Below are positions 1 to 7,572 of a stretch of 31,064 nt of DNA, piece by piece. The notes beneath the pieces are model-generated. The model searched no databases. It had not been told where the DNA came from and saw only the letters and a list, made by a program, of their open reading frames with translations. Position numbers and translations under genes: made by a program. The stretch is from a virus, in UHGV virus genome UHGV-0851987. One strand, 5' to 3'. Position 1 is the stretch's first letter. Each line of letters starts with the position of its first letter.

Positions 1-17
1 TCCTTATGTTGGTTTTA

Positions 18-986
18 TTAGTAGGTTATTTTTGTTGCGAATACTTCGCCTTTTACGATGGCTGTTATGATATTTTTAGCAACATCTTCTGATGCACCAA
101 CCTTGATAAGGTCAGCAAGTATTTTGTTATTTACTTCTTTCCGGTGAGCTTTATCCTTTGCTCTACGCTCTTCTTCGTCCTTGATTCTTTTTTCTTCTGC
201 TATTCTGGCTTGCTCTTTTGCTTCAGCCTCGCGCCGGATTCGTTCAGCCTCCTCCTGTGCTTTTCGGCGTTCTGCTTCAATTGCCGCCTGCTTTTCTCTT
301 TCAGCTCGTTCTGCTGCCTTTTTTGCTTCGCGCTGTGCTCGTTGCTCGGCTTCAATGCGTTCACGCTCTGCACGTTCCGCTGCTGCCTTAGCTTCTGCTT
401 CTCGCCTTGCTGCTGCTTCAATTTCGGCTTTTGCCTTTGCTTCGGCTTCTGCTCTGGCTTTCTCTTCAGCTTCTCTTTTTAAGCGTTCTTCATGCTCTCG
501 CTTTTCCTGCTCCGCTTTGAGTCTTGCCTCTTCTCTTTTGCGGTCAAATTCGCGATCCATCAAAATAGCTATTTCATGGTCAGACTCAATTTGCTTTGCG
601 AGAGCTTCAGCTGCTGCCTTAGCTTCTTCTTCGGCTTTAATCCGCGCCTGTTCTTCCTCATAATCAGTAAGAGGCTGGCGTGCCTTGGCTTTCAGCTCAT
701 CAAGGCGATCACGCACTGTCTTGCGGTTAGCATCAATTAGCTTTGGAATTTCCTTCAGTTCAGCAACAAGGTCTTTGCCAAGACCATCGAGATATGTTTT
801 CGTCTGCGCAACTTTATACGCCAGAGAAGCGATCTCCTTTCTGCCCTTTGCCGTTGTGATATCAGGCACAAAGGACATAACTTCACGTTCAACCTTTTGG
901 AGAATTTCTTCAATCTGGTCTGCAGACTGAAATACAGTCATTGCATTTGCTTTTTCAATAACAACTAAGTCTGTTACTTCACTCAT
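18..986 (-). CDS. Conserved phage early-left protein with long Glu/Ala/Lys/Arg-rich coiled-coil core; function unknown
   Basis: Long ORF in the supplied track (18..1082); start trimmed to the ATG at 984-986, which has a GGAGG RBS (complement of 991-995) 4 nt upstream. The globular N-terminus is followed by about 170 aa of EAKAKAEIEAAARREAE-type repeats. Opposite-strand ORFs across the repeat are artefacts. Confidence 0.7.
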   Translation of the reverse strand: MSEVTDLVVIEKANAMTVFQSADQIEEILQKVEREVMSFVPDITTAKGRKEIASLAYKVAQTKTYLDGLGKDLVAELKEIPKLIDANRKTVRDRLDELKAKARQPLTDYEEEQARIKAEEEAKAAAEALAKQIESDHEIAILMDREFDRKREEARLKAEQEKREHEERLKREAEEKARAEAEAKAKAEIEAAARREAEAKAAAERAERERIEAEQRAQREAKKAAERAEREKQAAIEAERRKAQEEAERIRREAEAKEQARIAEEKRIKDEEERRAKDKAHRKEVNNKILADLIKVGASEDVAKNIITAIVKGEVFATKITY

Positions 987-998
987 ATATCCTCCATC

Positions 999-1026
999 AA
1001 AAAAAATTGCCCTCACATCGGAGGGC
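999..1026 (-). terminator. Intrinsic terminator directly upstream of the RBS of gene 18..986
   Basis: On the minus strand: GCCCTC-N6-GAGGGC hairpin (1009-1026) followed by AA and an 8-nt U run (complement of 999-1006). The geometry matches a tL-type terminator inside an N-antiterminated operon. Confidence 0.55.
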
Positions 1027-1162
1027 GAAGAAGATTTCCAATAATCAGAACAAGTCGGCTCCTGTTTAGTTACGAGCGACATTGCTCCGTGTATTCACTC
1101 GTGGGAATGAATACACAGTGCAGTGTTTATTCTGTTGTTAGTGCCAAAAATAAAGGCCACCA

Positions 1163-1414
1163 TCAGGCAGCCTTGTTGTAAATGTTGCAGGTATCAAGTA
1201 AGTAATTAGATGGAGCGCCATAAATTATGAATTCATCGTTTGTCGGGTCCATCTCCATCTCTTGGCCTATTGCCATTCTTGCGTCAGTGTCATCAGCGGC
1301 GAAGCATAAAACAGCCCACGCTCCCATTGTTTTAAAAAGAACTGCAATTGGCTGTGGTTTTACTGAATTTGCGTTAGCGCGGAAATCATAAATCGCACTT
1401 TCATGAAATTCCAT
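1163..1414 (-). CDS. Hypothetical small early protein (83 aa), translationally coupled to N; occupies the position taken by ral in lambda
   Basis: ORF in track. The ATG lies 4 nt after the N stop codon, with GAGGGG overlapping the end of N. No family recognised with confidence. Confidence 0.6.
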   Translation of the reverse strand: MEFHESAIYDFRANANSVKPQPIAVLFKTMGAWAVLCFAADDTDARMAIGQEMEMDPTNDEFIIYGAPSNYLLDTCNIYNKAA

Positions 1415-1417
1415 AGA

Positions 1418-1750
1418 TCACCCCTCATACAGTGGTTTGCTGCCTAATTTCATTTTCTGGCGACCAACACAAGTCACACCCATTTCACTGCGTGGCTTGC
1501 TGTACCATGTGCGCTGATTCTTGCGCTCAATACGCTGCAGGTTGCTTTCAATCTGTTCGTGGTATTCAGCCAGCACTGTAAGGTCTATCGGATTCAGTGC
1601 GCTTTCTACTCGTGATTTCGGTTTGCGATTCAGCGAGAGAATAGGGCGGTTAACTGGTTTTGCGCTTACCCCAACCAACAGGGGATTTGCTGCTTTCCAT
1701 TGAGCCTGTTTCTCTGCGCGACGTTCGCGGCGGCGTGTTTGTGCATCCAT
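1418..1750 (-). CDS. N: Transcription antitermination protein N (lambda type)
   Basis: Translation from the internal Met begins MDAQTRRRERRAEKQAQWKAANPLL, the arginine-rich boxB-binding motif of lambda N. AGGAGA RBS upstream of the ATG at 1748-1750. The track ORF (to 1801) is an N-terminal over-extension. Confidence 0.9.
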   Translation of the reverse strand: MDAQTRRRERRAEKQAQWKAANPLLVGVSAKPVNRPILSLNRKPKSRVESALNPIDLTVLAEYHEQIESNLQRIERKNQRTWYSKPRSEMGVTCVGRQKMKLGSKPLYEG

Positions 1751-1922
1751 CTGGATTCTCCTGTCAGTTAGCTTTGGTGGTGTGGTAGGTGGGAGACCCA
1801 TTTCGACCTGCTTCGGCCGACTTCAATTCGGCAATAGTTCCGCAGGCCTCGCCGCTTTACGTGCGACATATTCCCATCCATGAACCCTTCACCACACCCC
1901 AAAGCCTTCTGCTTTGAATGCT

Positions 1923-1953
1923 GCCCTTCTTCAGGGCTTAATTTTTAAGAGCA
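1923..1953 (-). promoter_or_regulatory. nutL site (boxA plus boxB)
   Basis: Minus strand reads TGCTCTTAA (boxA, complement of 1945-1953), a spacer, then GCCCTGAAGAAGGGC (boxB hairpin, complement of 1923-1937). This matches the lambda nutL arrangement as I recall it. Confidence 0.8.
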
Positions 1954-1992
1954 TCACCTTCATGGTGGTCAGTGCGTCCTGCTGATGGCTAA

Positions 1993-2021
1993 ATAGTACG
2001 ATTTGTACTTTATCGAGTCAA
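1993..2021 (-). promoter_or_regulatory. pL promoter with operator palindrome
   Basis: Minus strand: -35 TTGACT (complement of 2016-2021), 17-nt spacer, -10 TACTAT (complement of 1993-1998). The spacer contains the perfect palindrome AGTAC-N5-GTACT. Downstream transcribed sequence continues into nutL. Confidence 0.6.
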
Positions 2022-2084
2022 TACAAAATGCTCTAAATATAATTGGTTTTTTATAACGCTTTGTATTTAATGGGTTTATATTTT

Positions 2085-2125
2085 GGAAAAAGAAAACCCG
2101 ACACTAAGGTCGGGTTATTGTTGTG
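2085..2125. terminator. Bidirectional intrinsic terminator between cI 3' end and pL
   Basis: Hairpin CCCGAC-ACTAAG-GTCGGG (2097-2114), flanked by TTATTGTTGTG on the plus strand and UUUUCUUUUU on the minus strand. It would stop the cI transcript before pL; no rex-like genes are present. Confidence 0.6.
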
Positions 2126-2146
2126 TGCTTTAGAGTGGTGAGGCTG

Positions 2147-2806
2147 TTAACTAAATGTCTCTTCAGGCCACTGGCTGGCGATAACTTTCCCTACAACGGA
2201 ACAGCTATCATTGCATGGGATCATTGGATATTGCGGGTTTAGTGGTTGTAGGAACACCTGACCGCTATCCCTGATCAGTTTCTTGAAAGTAAACTCGTCA
2301 CCACCAAGTCTGGCTATGCAGAAATCACCTGGCTCAACAGCCTGCTCAGGGTCAACGAGAATTAACATCCCGTCAGGAAAGCTTGGCTTGGATCCTGTTG
2401 GTGCGGTCATGGAATTACCTTCAACTTCAAGCCAGAACGCACAATCACTGGCTTTTTTGGTTGTGCTGACCCATCTCTCCGCATCACCTTTGGTAAAGGT
2501 TCTAAGCTCAGGCGAGAACATCCCGGCCTGAACATGAGAAAAAACAGGGTACTCATATTGTTTTTTAACGGGGATAGATGAGTATTCGCCAACAGGTGAA
2601 AATGTACCGTCGTGGTTGAATGAGACGCTATCAATACCAAGGTATTTAAACACCACACCAATCTCGTCAAGAGATGGATGACGAGATCCGCGCAACCAGT
2701 GACCAATTCCACCCTGCGTCATACCAAGCTCTTCAGCCAACTTCTCTTGAGTTATGCCGAGCTCTTTCATTCTGGATCTAGCCAGTTCATACCATTTCAT
2801 TTTCAT
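2147..2806 (-). CDS. cI: CI-type prophage repressor: HTH DNA-binding domain plus LexA-like S24 autopeptidase domain (hybrid)
   Basis: The C-terminal roughly 130 aa ([18 protein letters not shown] ... [69 protein letters not shown] ... [11 protein letters not shown]) matches my recollection of lambda CI almost exactly. The N-terminal HTH domain ([38 protein letters not shown]) is unrelated to lambda CI. Start chosen at MKMKW (ATG 2804-2806); the alternative is the second Met at 2798-2800. Confidence 0.9.
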   Translation of the reverse strand: MKMKWYELARSRMKELGITQEKLAEELGMTQGGIGHWLRGSRHPSLDEIGVVFKYLGIDSVSFNHDGTFSPVGEYSSIPVKKQYEYPVFSHVQAGMFSPELRTFTKGDAERWVSTTKKASDCAFWLEVEGNSMTAPTGSKPSFPDGMLILVDPEQAVEPGDFCIARLGGDEFTFKKLIRDSGQVFLQPLNPQYPMIPCNDSCSVVGKVIASQWPEETFS

Positions 2807-2917
2807 ACCCTTATTATTACGCTCTGTACTAAAACCATCCATGCACAAGATGTATTTTTTGTTTGCATTTCAAAAGTACATATCGTATTATTATCTCATG
2901 GTTACTATGGAGGGCAT
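2807..2917. promoter_or_regulatory. OR region: divergent pRM/pR promoters and operators
   Basis: pR: -35 TTGCAT (2863-2868), 17-nt spacer, -10 TATTAT (2886-2891), GGAGG RBS (2909-2913). The spacer contains AGTAC-N5-GTATT, a near copy of the pL palindrome. A roughly 35-bp module is shared between pR and pL. The pRM elements themselves are not confidently placed. Confidence 0.6.
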
Positions 2918-3133
2918 ATGAGCAACCTACGAAAATATCGAGAGTCACTGAATATCTCTCAAACAACACTTGCTAAGGCGGTTGGATGCACACAGGGAGC
3001 TATTGGGCATTGGGAATCTGGTCGTCGCTTCCCAGACCTTAAAACATGCCGCGCTCTTGTTGCATGCCTAAACAAGTTAGGCGCAAAAGTCAGTCTTGAT
3101 GACGTGTTCCCTCCGGAACACAAAGCCGCTTAA
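2918..3133 (+). CDS. cro: Cro-like HTH repressor (71 aa)
   Basis: ATG at 2918 preceded by GGAGGG. The protein MSNLRKYRESLNISQTTLAKAVGCTQGAIGHWESGRRFPD has an XRE-type HTH, and its recognition-helix motif TQG-IGHW--G-R-P is shared with the CI N-domain. The track ORF 2678..3133 is an upstream over-extension. Confidence 0.8.
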   Translation: MSNLRKYRESLNISQTTLAKAVGCTQGAIGHWESGRRFPDLKTCRALVACLNKLGAKVSLDDVFPPEHKAA

Positions 3134-3141
3134 GACATTCC

Positions 3142-3173
3142 AGCTCTTACACATTCCAGCCCTGAAAAAGGGC
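3142..3173 (+). promoter_or_regulatory. nutR site (boxA plus boxB)
   Basis: AGCTCTTACA (boxA-like, 3142-3151), spacer CATTCCAG, then GCCCTGAAAAAGGGC (boxB, 3159-3173). Matches lambda nutR as I recall it. Confidence 0.85.
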
Positions 3174-3239
3174 ATCCAATTAAACCACACCTATGGTGTA
3201 TGCATTTATTTGCATACATTCAATCAATTGTTATCTAAG

Positions 3240-3276
3240 GAAATACTTACATATGGTTCGTGCAAACAAACGCAAC
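3240..3276 (-). promoter_or_regulatory. PRE-like promoter with CII-binding TTGC-N6-TTGC repeats
   Basis: Minus strand reads TTGCGTTTGTTTGC (complement of 3262-3275), overlapping the first codons of cII as in lambda PRE. Confidence 0.55.
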
Positions 3277-3549
3277 GAGGCTCTACGAATCGAGAGTGCG
3301 TTGCTTAACAAAATCGCAATGCTTGGAACTGAGAAGACAGCGGAAGCTGTGGGCGTTGATAAGTCGCAGATCAGCAGGTGGAAGAGGGACTGGATTCCAA
3401 AGTTCTCAATGCTGCTTGCTGTTCTTGAATGGGGTGTTGTCGACGACGACATGGCTCGATTGGCACGACAAGTTGCTTCGATTCTCACCAATAAAAAACG
3501 CCCGGTGTGCAAGACCGAGCGTTCTGAACAAATCCAGATGGAGTTCTGA
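3253..3549 (+). CDS. cII: Transcriptional activator CII (lambda type)
   Basis: Translation from ATG 3253 is [84 protein letters not shown]...[10 protein letters not shown], close to my recollection of lambda CII. The track ORF 3193..3549 is over-extended. Confidence 0.95.
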   Translation: MVRANKRNEALRIESALLNKIAMLGTEKTAEAVGVDKSQISRWKRDWIPKFSMLLAVLEWGVVDDDMARLARQVASILTNKKRPVCKTERSEQIQMEF

Positions 3550-3606
3550 GGTCATTACTGGATCTATCAACAGGAATAATTATGACAAAACAACTCAGTC
3601 CTTACC
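3528..3606 (-). ncRNA. OOP-like antisense RNA with its terminator at the 3' end of cII (approximate bounds)
   Basis: Minus-strand hairpin (arms at 3531-3536 and 3559-3564) followed by UUGUUC. The 3' terminal sequence of cII and the following bases are lambda-like, where the OOP terminator lies. The 5' end and pO promoter are not precisely located. Confidence 0.4.
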
Positions 3607-3728
3607 AGGACAAAATTCACAAACACATACTACGTGATCGCTTCCTGTCCAGCTTCAAGCAGCCTGGTCGATTCCGGGCTGAGTTGGAAAAGGTGAAGCT
3701 GATGCAGAAGGAGAAAGGTCATGAGTAA
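3582..3728 (+). CDS. Small ORF (48 aa) between cII and the replication initiator
   Basis: ATG at 3582 with AGGA upstream; translation [48 protein letters not shown]. Below the track size cutoff. It overlaps the start of the initiator by 8 nt. P22 carries an 'orf48' at the same position as I recall. Confidence 0.4.
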   Translation: MTKQLSPYQDKIHKHILRDRFLSSFKQPGRFRAELEKVKLMQKEKGHE

Positions 3729-4620
3729 CATATCTAATCTAGCCGAAGCCAGAGAGGCCAGAAGGCTACAACAACCGCATCAAAGCAGCGGTAAGGGGTA
3801 TGCCTTGCTGCACCGTAAAATTATGGATGTGCCGTTTTACAAGGACGCAGAAGCTGCGCATCTGTGGATTCACTTAATCCTCAAAGCAAAGCATACGCCT
3901 GAGTATGTAATGACTGACGCAGGAGAAATTCTGGTAGGCAGAGGGAAGCTACTTGGCGGTAGAAACTCTCTGGCGTTTGAAACAGGACTCAAACCAGATC
4001 GCGTTCAGTACCTGCTTAGAAAGTTCAAAAAACTCGGCATGATTGACTGGGTTTCACACGGTAAATTTTCAGTTTTCTCGGTAGAGAAATATGACGATTA
4101 TCAGTCAAATTTTGTACCAGCAGATTACCAGCAAATTACCACCTCAAAGCCAGCAATACCAATGCCTGTAAGCAATACTGTACCAGCAGATTACCAGCAA
4201 ATTACCACAGATAAAGAATATAATAATATTATCTCTAATACTGACGTATTAGAGAGTGCCACAGCAGACAAAAAGTCTGACAAGAAAAAACCTTCCGTCA
4301 GCTGTCAGGATGTTGTCGATGCTTACCACGAAATCCTTCCTGAAGCGCCAAGAATCCGCGCACTGAATGACAAGCGTAAAAACCAGATCCGAACGTTCTG
4401 GCGCAAAGCCGGAGTGATAACCCGCCAGCTTGACGGGCATGGGTTCACGATGCAGGACTGGAGAAATTATTTGAGCTACGTAGGCGAAAATTGCCGATGG
4501 ATGTTCGAAGAACGCCCAAACCATCAACGCGGAACCGTCTGGCACAAAAAGGGATTTGATTTCCTGCTTAACGACAATACCTACCTGAAAGTTCGTGAGG
4601 GTGAACACGATGACCGATAA
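3721..4620 (+). CDS. Replication initiation protein (O-like replisome organizer)
   Basis: ORF in track with RBS GGAGAAAGG before the ATG at 3721. It sits immediately upstream of, and overlaps, the helicase gene. The origin-like iterons lie inside the coding sequence. Confidence 0.85.
   Translation: MSNISNLAEAREARRLQQPHQSSGKGYALLHRKIMDVPFYKDAEAAHLWIHLILKAKHTPEYVMTDAGEILVGRGKLLGGRNSLAFETGLKPDRVQYLLRKFKKLGMIDWVSHGKFSVFSVEKYDDYQSNFVPADYQQITTSKPAIPMPVSNTVPADYQQITTDKEYNNIISNTDVLESATADKKSDKKKPSVSCQDVVDAYHEILPEAPRIRALNDKRKNQIRTFWRKAGVITRQLDGHGFTMQDWRNYLSYVGENCRWMFEERPNHQRGTVWHKKGFDFLLNDNTYLKVREGEHDDR
4114..4245 (+). repeat. Putative replication origin: two 29-bp direct repeats (iterons) plus AT-rich tract
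   Basis: GTACCAGCAGATTACCAGCAAATTACCAC occurs at 4114-4142 and again at 4180-4208, each with an internal ATTACC sub-repeat. Followed by AGATAAAGAATATAATAATATTATCTCTAATA. The arrangement parallels ori-lambda inside gene O. Confidence 0.6.
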
Positions 4621-6046
4621 TTTTTATGCGCCGCCCCATAGCATCGAGGCAGAGCAGGCGGTGATTGGTGGATTGCTTCTGGATGATGACAGCAGTGAGC
4701 GCGTCCAGAAAGTTCTGGCGATGCTGAAGCCTGATTCATTTTACAGCCGACCACACAAAATCCTTTTCGAAGAAATAACCAGAATGCACCGGGAGCAAAA
4801 GCCAGTAGATGGCCTGACGCTTTTCGATGAACTGGAGCGTAAATCGTTAACGGCGTCTGTTGGCGGTTTTGCTTATATCGCTGAGATCGCAAAGAACACG
4901 CCAAGCGCAGCAAACATCGTTGCCTATGCAATGCAGGTTCGTGAAACCGCAATGGAACGCTACGCCATCAACCGCATGACTGAAGCGACGGAATTGCTCT
5001 ATTCCCGCAACGGAATGACTGCAACGCAGAAGTACGAAGCTATTCAGTCGATTTTCACGCAACTGACAGACCATGCAAAAACCGGATCGCGTCGCGGCCT
5101 TCGCTCATTTGGTGAGGTCATGGAAGACTGGGTTAGCGACCTTGAGAAGCGATTTGACCCGTCAGGCGAACAACGAGGAATGAGCACAGGGATCCCATCG
5201 CTGGACAGGATGCTGTCACCGAAAGGTCTGGTGAAAGGCTCTCTGTTTGTCATTGGCGCTCGCCCTAAGATGGGGAAAACGACGCTATACAGCCAGATGG
5301 CAATCAACTGCGCAGTGCATGAGAAAAAGCCCGCTCTGATGTTCAGCCTTGAAATGCCCGGTGACCAGATACTGGAAAAACTGGTAGGGCAGAAGTCAGG
5401 TGTTAACCCAAATATTTTTTACCTTCCAGCGACAAATGACGCTGATGACGGCTATCAGGGTGATTACGATGGTGACTTCAACAGGGCGATCGAAACAGCA
5501 AATCGCTTGAGTGAAATCGACCTGCTTTACATCGACGACACGCCGGGATTATCTCTGGCTCAAATCGTCAGTGAAAGCCGTCGAATCAAGCGAGAAAAAG
5601 GATGTGTTGGCATGATTCTGGTCGATTACCTGACACTAATGACCGCTGAGAAGGCCGATCGCAACGACCTTGCTTACGGCATGATCACCAAAGGACTGAA
5701 GAATCTTGCCAAAGAGCTTGATTGCGTTGTTGTGCTTCTGACACAGCTTAACCGCGCACTGGAAAGCCGAACCAATAAACGCCCATTACCAAGTGACTCA
5801 CGAGATACAGGGCAGATTGAACAGGATTGCGATTATTGGGTGGGGATCCATCGTGAAGGTGCTTTTGATGACAGCGTTCCTCCTGGTGAAACCGAACTAA
5901 TCCTTCGCCTCAATCGTCATGGCAATACCGGCACGGTGTATTGCATTCAGGCAAATGGCGCTATTTATGACACAGACCAACAGTCTGCTGAAATGCGCCG
6001 CCGTGAACGCGAGGAACCGCAGTCCAAGAAGAAAGGAGGATTCTGA
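4610..6046 (+). CDS. Replicative DNA helicase, DnaB family
   Basis: DnaB N-terminal domain (HSIEAEQAVIGGLLLD), Walker A GARPKMGKTT and DnaB-type C-terminal motifs. Start at ATG 4610 after GAGGG; the track start at 4595 is a short over-extension. Confidence 0.9.
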   Translation: MTDNFYAPPHSIEAEQAVIGGLLLDDDSSERVQKVLAMLKPDSFYSRPHKILFEEITRMHREQKPVDGLTLFDELERKSLTASVGGFAYIAEIAKNTPSAANIVAYAMQVRETAMERYAINRMTEATELLYSRNGMTATQKYEAIQSIFTQLTDHAKTGSRRGLRSFGEVMEDWVSDLEKRFDPSGEQRGMSTGIPSLDRMLSPKGLVKGSLFVIGARPKMGKTTLYSQMAINCAVHEKKPALMFSLEMPGDQILEKLVGQKSGVNPNIFYLPATNDADDGYQGDYDGDFNRAIETANRLSEIDLLYIDDTPGLSLAQIVSESRRIKREKGCVGMILVDYLTLMTAEKADRNDLAYGMITKGLKNLAKELDCVVVLLTQLNRALESRTNKRPLPSDSRDTGQIEQDCDYWVGIHREGAFDDSVPPGETELILRLNRHGNTGTVYCIQANGAIYDTDQQSAEMRRREREEPQSKKKGGF

Positions 6047-6315
6047 TGAATAAAAAACAATTAGCCATTCTCGAAAAGGCATGGGATGCACAAATATCAT
6101 GCGCTTTGAAAGAACAGGCACTACCAATAATCCAGACCAAATCGAAAATAGCCAGGCAGTTATGCGATGACGGATTCCTGAACGAAGTTGAGATTACGCG
6201 CCAGATGGTAACGTTCAAAGGGTATGAGATAAATCATCATGGTATAGCGGCGTATTGCTCCCATCTTCCTGATGACGTTGACATTGATGAAATGGAAAGG
6301 GAGATGAAGCAATGA
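6046..6315 (+). CDS. Hypothetical protein (89 aa)
   Basis: ORF in track. Translationally coupled (TGATG) to the helicase, with AAAGGAGGA RBS inside the helicase 3' end. Confidence 0.6.
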   Translation: MNKKQLAILEKAWDAQISCALKEQALPIIQTKSKIARQLCDDGFLNEVEITRQMVTFKGYEINHHGIAAYCSHLPDDVDIDEMEREMKQ

Positions 6316-6340
6316 CCATCTACATCACTGAGCTAATAAC

Positions 6341-6372
6341 AGGCCTGCTGGTAATCGCAGGCCTTTTTATTT
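6341..6372 (+). terminator. Intrinsic terminator (tR2-like position)
   Basis: AGGCCTGC-N8-GCAGGCCT hairpin (6341-6364) followed by TTTTTATTT. Confidence 0.6.
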
Positions 6373-6387
6373 GGGGGAGAGTAAATC

Positions 6388-6594
6388 GTGGCTGAGTTTA
6401 TGCTCGTCGCACTCAAATGCGTTGGCGTTGGATGGATTCTTCTGTCGTTTTTTATTGTTCTGCATAGCTACATTCGTCTTGTGAATGACGGTAAAGACCC
6501 ATGGTATACGTTGTTTGGCGCTGCATTTGTCTGGGTGATTATCGGTGTTATGCCTGTCGCTGTAGCAAAAATGGCGTGGCGTTTTGTTAGTTGA
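6388..6594 (+). CDS. Small membrane protein (68 aa, two predicted TM helices), GTG start
   Basis: ORF in track. GGGGGAGAG RBS 6 nt before GTG 6388. Two hydrophobic segments (VALKCVGVGWILLSFFIVL and LFGAAFVWVIIGVMPVAVA). Confidence 0.5.
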   Translation: MAEFMLVALKCVGVGWILLSFFIVLHSYIRLVNDGKDPWYTLFGAAFVWVIIGVMPVAVAKMAWRFVS

Positions 6595-6601
6595 GGTAAC
6601 G

Positions 6602-7048
6602 ATGAAGCAAATATACATGCTTCGCAACGAAGCAATCAGAAACAACGCCATAGACGCAATACTCTCACTTCCGATCGACGACAAGTCACCTCACGAAGTC
6701 CACATTAAAGAACCAAAGCGGAGCAATCCTCAAAACCGCCTTATGTGGGCGTTATTGCAGGACGTATCGCGTCAGGTGCTCTGGCATGGAGAGAGACTTG
6801 CGCCGGAGGACTGGAAAGATCTGTTCACTGCCCTGTGGCTTAAGACCAAAAAACTGGAGCAACGAAGTGCGCCTGGTATCGACGGTGGCGTTGTTATGCT
6901 TGGCGTGCGTACCAGCAAAATGCGAAAGGCCAGTATGACTGAGCTTATCGAAATCATGTTCTGGTTCGGCTCAGAGCGCAACGTGCGGTGGAGTGATGAC
7001 TCCCGGAGAGAGTATGAATGGTCACAACGAAAAGGGAGAGCTGCATGA
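6602..7048 (+). CDS. ninB: NinB-like recombination protein
   Basis: Resembles my recollection of lambda NinB (shared motifs QNRLMWALLQDVSRQV.WHG, GVRTSKM, ERNVRWSD). Start at ATG 6602 after GAGG. Confidence 0.8.
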   Translation: MKQIYMLRNEAIRNNAIDAILSLPIDDKSPHEVHIKEPKRSNPQNRLMWALLQDVSRQVLWHGERLAPEDWKDLFTALWLKTKKLEQRSAPGIDGGVVMLGVRTSKMRKASMTELIEIMFWFGSERNVRWSDDSRREYEWSQRKGRAA

Positions 7049-7572
7049 CTATCAAATCAAATACCCCGGCACACGACAAGGACTGCTGGAGAACGCCGCT
7101 TTGGCTTTTTGATGCACTGGATATTGAGTTTGGATTCTGGCTGGATTCGGCAGCGAGCGACAAAAATGCTCTGTGCGCTCACTGGCTAACTGAGGCTGAC
7201 GACGCGCTAAATTCTGAGTGGATAAGCCACGGTGCAATCTGGAATAACCCACCGTACAGCAATATCAGGCCGTGGGTGGAAAAAGCCGCTGAGCAGTGCA
7301 TACAACAGCGACAGACGGTAGTGATGCTTGTGCCAGAGGATATGTCTGTCGGATGGTTCAGCAAGGCTCTGGAGAGTGTTGACGAAGTTCGTATTATCAC
7401 TGATGGACGGATTAATTTTATCGAACCATCGACAGGGCTGGAGAAGAAGGGAAACAGCAAAGGTTCCATGCTGCTGATTTGGCGACCGTTCATCAGTCCT
7501 CGACGGATGTTTACTACCGTATCCAAAGCGGCATTGATGGCGATCGGGCAGGGCGTCAGGAGGGCGGCATGA
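7045..7572 (+). CDS. DNA N6-adenine methyltransferase (phage Dam-like, orphan)
   Basis: NPPY catalytic motif (IWNNPPYSN) and the overall phage Dam family pattern. ATGA overlap with the ninB stop; GGGAGAG RBS. Confidence 0.8.
   Translation: MTIKSNTPAHDKDCWRTPLWLFDALDIEFGFWLDSAASDKNALCAHWLTEADDALNSEWISHGAIWNNPPYSNIRPWVEKAAEQCIQQRQTVVMLVPEDMSVGWFSKALESVDEVRIITDGRINFIEPSTGLEKKGNSKGSMLLIWRPFISPRRMFTTVSKAALMAIGQGVRRAA

Noticed and set aside
144-930. Several overlapping ORFs on both strands (144..482, 181..663, 200..421, 492..740, 685..930)
   Set aside because: They lie inside or antisense to the low-complexity repeat of gene 18..986. Their translations are Ser/Ala/Phe/Cys-rich nonsense typical of alternative frames of a biased repeat.
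1089-1116. 9-bp inverted repeat GTGTATTCA/TGAATACAC downstream of gene 1163..1414
   Set aside because: No U-run follows on the transcribed (minus) strand, so it is not a convincing intrinsic terminator. It may be a processing or binding site, but the evidence is insufficient.
2407-2712. ORFs nested in or antisense to cI (2283..2531, 2407..2712)
   Set aside because: They overlap a confidently identified CI repressor gene; no RBS and no recognisable protein features.
2678-2917. 5' extension of the cro-like ORF (track ORF 2678..3133)
   Set aside because: The extension runs through the OR promoter/operator region and overlaps cI on the opposite strand. A strong RBS and ATG at 2918 give the expected Cro-sized protein.
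3096-3637. ORFs 3096..3308, 3231..3512, 3260..3637 overlapping nutR and cII
   Set aside because: Alternative frames of, or antisense to, the lambda-type cII gene and the nutR/tR1 region.
4114-4208. Direct repeats considered as a possible CRISPR array or other repeat element
   Set aside because: Only two repeat units, located inside a coding sequence and followed by an AT-rich tract. This matches origin iterons, not a CRISPR array.
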